Below are positions 59,342 through 64,000 of a stretch of 64,000 nucleotides of DNA, in pieces. Under the pieces are notes generated by a model. It was not told where the DNA came from. It saw only the letters and a list, made by a program, of their open reading frames with translations, and did not search any database. Positions within the stretch are counted from its first letter, which is position 1. Each line of letters begins with the position of its first letter. Origin of the DNA: Vitrella brassicaformis CCMP3155 (Eukaryota > Protista > Chromerida); contig CDMY01000249.1 of NCBI GenBank assembly GCA_001179505.1, positions 62,001 to 126,000 on the forward strand, in the 5' to 3' direction. Made by a program: the position numbers and the translations under genes.

Positions 59342-61970
59342 ATGACCTGTGGCTTATTCATCGCACTTACCCTTTTGCTGACCCGTGTCTGTCCGGCGGC
59401 TATTCGCAAGACAGCACAAGCCAACCTCTCGTCCAACCGCACTGTCCCCTCTTCTTTCGTCGTGCAAACAACAGCAGCAACAACCGACCAGAAGGCACGA
59501 AAGTCAAGGCAAGACGAGCCCGACGGCGAGAGTACCGAGCCCCGTTCCTTCGCGGGCCTTTCCCAGGGCGAGACATCCCGTTCTCGCACGACAGGTTTTG
59601 TTGGCGGTCGAGTCTTCGAAAACGTGGCGTCTCGGGCGAGCCATCCGAAGGAAATGTACAATGACGTGGCGGCAATAGAAGAGGACATGTCCACAGAACA
59701 TCGGGACGCTGTTCTGCACGTCAACGAGGCCAATCGTAAGACTAACATTCCATCAAGCCATGACCTCGAGGTCCACACAGGCCCCAACCCTGACTTTTGG
59801 CTGAGCAATCCCCCAAGGGGGCCGATAAGGGACGGATACGCGCGTAGGCGACGCCACTCATCCACAACATACACGCCTACTTCTCGTGTGTCTCTGCAGA
59901 GAACTTCGATCAGGACCAGATCCTCGATCCGACCACAGCCGGCCAGTCGTACCTCCACAACCTCGCAGAGGCGCCGTCAGGCTTCCATCAGTATGCCGTG
60001 CGGCAGTCCATGACCAAACGAATGGACCCCGGGATGATCACTTCACAAGAGACATCATCCGGGATGATCGCATCCTCGCGAATGGACCCCGGGACGATCG
60101 CTTCGCAAAAGACGTCTTCCGGCATGGGGCCCCTCCCCCCTGGCGCGTCGTGGGTGCCGTCGCCGGGCGGCACCAGATATCTGCGGATCATGACCTTTGA
60201 CGTGCAGATGTACATTGCCCCGTGCCTAAGGAAAAAGAAGGGTGGGCGAGGGAGGGGAGATGGTGTCATATAGGGTGAGAGACACACTGGGTTGTGTGTG
60301 TGTGGTCAGGTGCGAAGGAGTGTTTCTACATATGGGAGGGGTGCAACTCCAAGGACGCGTCGATATGTGCGGTGGAGCGCATCCTCGAGCTCATAAGGAC
60401 ATCCAAAGCAGACATTGTCGCACTGCAGGTAATTACGATGGCCAATACCACACGCACTACCAACCTACTTGCGTGTCTCAGGAGCACCACGCCCAAGTTC
60501 CGGTTGAGGACGAAGTCTACAAAATGGTCATTGAGAAATGGGTGCATTGATTAGGAGGGTGCATGAGTGTGTGTGTATGTTTCTTGTCGTGCAGTGGGTG
60601 GTGGCCCCTGCGGGTCAGGTGGGCTTCTTCAGCAACGCCATCCTCATCCGCCGCAAGAGCGGCATCCGCGTCAAGAACTCATTCGCATTCCAAATAAGGA
60701 GAGAAGATGCAGAAGTGCCCGAAATGCCACCGAGGTCAGCCCGCGTGCGGCCAACATCACAATAGCCTTTTGGCACCTGCCCCTTGCTCATTCAGATCTG
60801 CCGCAATGCTGTGGACTGAGATTCCCCACATCGGGCCAGTGGACATCGTCTCATGCCATCTAGTAAGAATGAACACTACGAGATTGTGCGCAGCTCCCAT
60901 ATGCCGTCATGTCTCGCTGTCGGTCAGGCCGGTGGTCGTTTCGACGACTTTCACTGGGAGCGTCTGATCGACGAGCGGGAGAAGGAGCTGCAGAAGATCG
61001 CCTCACACAAGCGGCCAGGCATCCCCATGATCATCGCCGGCAACTTCAACACTCACTTCAACGACCCAGAGGTAGGCTGGACAGTACGCCTACCCAATGT
61101 GTGACTCGGTCGACGCTCATTTGACAGGTGGTGTTGCCGATCATCCGCAACCACCCCATCTACCGCAGTCTGGCGGAGAGCGAGTGCACCAGGAGGGACG
61201 GCTTCCAGAGATACATGACCAGCGGACACGAATGGCTGCAGGAAAACGTATGCAGAAAGAGAGAGACACGTCTTTTTTCTGCCACTTTGCTCTTCCTGCT
61301 TGTGGTTGTGCGTCAGGGGTTCTTCCCGGCGTACACGCCCAAGGAGTTCCTTCCGTGTGAAGAAGAGTTCTCCCCCACAGCCCTGCTGCAAGAGAAGGCC
61401 CACAAGTCAAAGTCCAAGTCGCCCATCAACCCCACCAGCCCAAACAGCAAGATCAGCATCAACATCAACTCCTCATCGCCCCAGATCAGCCCGCCCTCTC
61501 TGCCTTTCCTCAAGCCGACCCCACAGCTGGCACACGACAAGCCCACCACATACAACGAGACGGGCGTCTTTTCCTCACTGCAAAGGGAGGAGAGAAAGCA
61601 CGGCGGAGGGGCAGGGGTGTTCGGCAACCTGGCGGTGCCATCCATGTCGGAGCTGCAGGCGGCCCAGAGGGCCTTCTATGGGCTGAATGCCACCAGGCAG
61701 AGAGTTGGTGCTGGAGTGGGGCCGTTCTCGTCTGCTGCTGGTGGCGGGGGTGGTTACTATAGCAGTGTGGGCGGGCTGAGGGGTCAGTGTCTCAACAGCA
61801 GGAAGTGCTGCCTCAAGAGCAACTGCCAGGCAGGCGCACACACTGAACGAAAGAACACACACAGGCAGGGAAACATGTGTGTCTCCATCCACTGCGTGGG
61901 TGCAGGGGCTGTGTTACAGCACCAAGTTCGGCGGCATCACCGACTGGATATACTTATCGGTACACACACA

Positions 61971-62006
<36 letters not shown>

Positions 62007-62397
62007 AAGACACGTTTGAGTACTACACACTTGTGCTGTGTACACCAAAATGTCAGAGCGACCTGATGACGCGGCTAGCGGCGCAGCACAGCAACTTCTT
62101 CCTCAGCGGTGTGTGGCGCGAGATATGGCTGTTCGACGCCATCGGGACCGACACGTTTGTGAAGCGGTGCGGCAACCTGGAAATCACTGACAGCATGCTA
62201 AGCGAAGAGTCACTCAGCCACCACAACGCCATTATGGTACTGACTGAGACTGCCTGTGTCACTCATGATGTATCTGTGTGTGTGTGTGTGTTGTGCAGGT
62301 TGAGTTTCAGCTGCCTTGCGACCCGAGGTCAACGGTGCTGCACAAGCGTGTGCATTGGAGTGAGTGCTTCGACGTCGACCCACACATGCAGGCTTAG
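59342..62397 (+). CDS. Secreted endonuclease/exonuclease/phosphatase (EEP)-fold protein with altered catalytic motifs
   Basis: Signal-like MTCGLFIALTLLLTRVCPA, LRIMTFDVQ, ADIVALQ|E, FSNAILIR, IVSCHL, MIIAGNFN, HRLDILI, LSHHNAIM|VEF. Ends TAG at 62397. Confidence 0.75.
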
Positions 62398-63169
62398 GAA
62401 GGACGGAGGGATGGATGGTAGTGCCTGTGAGAGAGAGAGAGAGAGAGAGACAGTCGTGTGAGAGATAGAATGGAGGATGGCTGAATGAGAATGACAAGTA
62501 AATAAGTGCATCGATAGGGGTCCATCCATCCATCCATCCACACACACACTCACTGCAGGCATCCATGAGGGTCAGATGCTCCGTCCTTACACATCAATGC
62601 ACCCAACACATGCACACACACACACACATACAGGTACACACGTGTGTGTCGTGAGGTCATCTACACCTCCAGCCATCGACAGACAGACAGCATGCAGCGA
62701 TAGAAGGAGCATAGGAAAAGAGAGCGACACAAGGTGAGTGACTGGCAAAAGCAAACACGCCGGCTGTGTTGTGTGTTTCGGCCAGGCATCTCTTGAAGAC
62801 GGCCTCTAGCGTACACCACCACACACTGCACCCGACCAGCACCCACCAGCATTGAAAAGCGGGCATGCACACGCACATACACAACGCATCAGCGGCCGTG
62901 TCTGTCGTCATCATCGCCTTAAATACACACATACACTCACGGATCCGTTCCAAAAAGTAAGTACTCTCTGTGTGCGGCTATGTGTGACCGGCAGGCCTCC
63001 ACCCCCACCCCGCACGCAGCTCTCGGGGATCACCTTGTCAGATATCCCCGGGCATCGTGTCGGGGGAAGGCGGCAGTTGGCCACACACTGGCCATACAGA
63101 ATCAGCGAATAGCGAGCAATGGGAGGACAAGGAAGGAATGTGTGGACATGGGTGTGCGTATGCGTCTGT

Positions 63170-64000
63170 CTATTTGGTCTCGATGAAGCTCTTGATGCCG
63201 GTAAGCCAGTTCATGTACTCGCGTTGCTCCTGACAGACGCACACACAAGACAGGCAAGTCACACACACACAGACACACGTCATGTGGATAGGTCGTGTGT
63301 GAGTGCATGTATTGGTCTGGGTGGCTGTGTGGTGTGACCTTGTCGACGGCGCATGCATCAATAAAGTCGCAGAGCTCCTCCCCCACACCCAATGTCGCCA
63401 GCCACTCGTCCATCCGCTCCTGCATGCTCTGCAAAGCAAACCCCCATCAACGCACACACATTTGGGGTAGACATGAGCTGTCAGGCGCTGTATTGCTCAA
63501 TGACTGACAGGCTCACCTCGTCAAGGTCTTCGAACTCAGGTCCGTTGTAGCTGCTGGCATTGTCCTTCTCCTCCGCAGTGGCGAAGTACTTGACGTTGCC
63601 AATCATAAACTGACAGATTACCGGATGACATACACACCACAGCCGCAGGGATACACATGCCACACACACACGCACACGCACAGGCGCTGTGTGTGTCTTC
63701 GATGGATACCCGGTGTGATGGGTCTGTGCTGTCTGTGGTGCAGTAGAAGATGACGCCCGTGCTGTCCTTCTTCTCAACCGTAATGGAGAAGTCAGTGGGG
63801 GTGCTCTCCTCACCACCCTCGCCCTCGCCGCCCTCATCCTCCGGATTGTAAGGACTGACATGACATGACATGACGCCACACACACACACAGACACACCAG
63901 GTCCATTTATGTACGCCAACCAGCAAGGGCAGTGCCTTGTTTACGTTGAGAGCTGGAACTCGACAGAGACTTTGGTGCCGTCGACCTCCTTGGTGAGGAC
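63170..64000 (-). CDS. MAM33: Mitochondrial acidic matrix glycoprotein (MAM33/p32/C1QBP family), 5' part outside window
   Basis: VLTKEVDGTKVSVEF, DFSITVEK, YNGPEFEDLDE, WLATLGV..LCDFI..AVDKEQREYMNWLTGIKSFI. Confidence 0.9.

Overview
Eukaryotic, intron-dense genomic DNA with short GT-AG introns full of (TG)n/(CA)n/(GA)n microsatellites and GC-rich exons. The style and gene content suggest a chromerid alveolate such as Vitrella; this is inferred, not verified. Housekeeping genes: BTB protein, TBC Rab-GAP, ELO elongase, sphingosine-1-phosphate lyase, Cdc25-like rhodanese, glutathione peroxidase, dual-specificity phosphatase, EF-1beta, a large coiled-coil protein, a secreted EEP-fold protein and MAM33. 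They are interleaved with a fast-evolving family of ankyrin and kinase-ankyrin genes. Main highlights: (1) The ankyrin arrays encode nearly every repeat on its own 102-105 nt phase-0 exon, variation is concentrated at binding-surface positions, modules have been swapped between paralogues, two genes end in CaaX and one kinase is non-RD. Together this looks like a candidate exon-shuffled receptor repertoire. (2) A decayed 5.05 kb Penelope-like retroelement with an N-terminal GIY-YIG, CxC linker, C-terminal RT, 103-bp pseudo-LTRs and an extra upstream ORF sits inside one ankyrin exon. (3) A UGA-selenocysteine GPx carries a clear type II SECIS. Gene models were assembled by eye, so outer boundaries of multi-exon genes are approximate. 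No rRNA, tRNA or CRISPR array was recognised.
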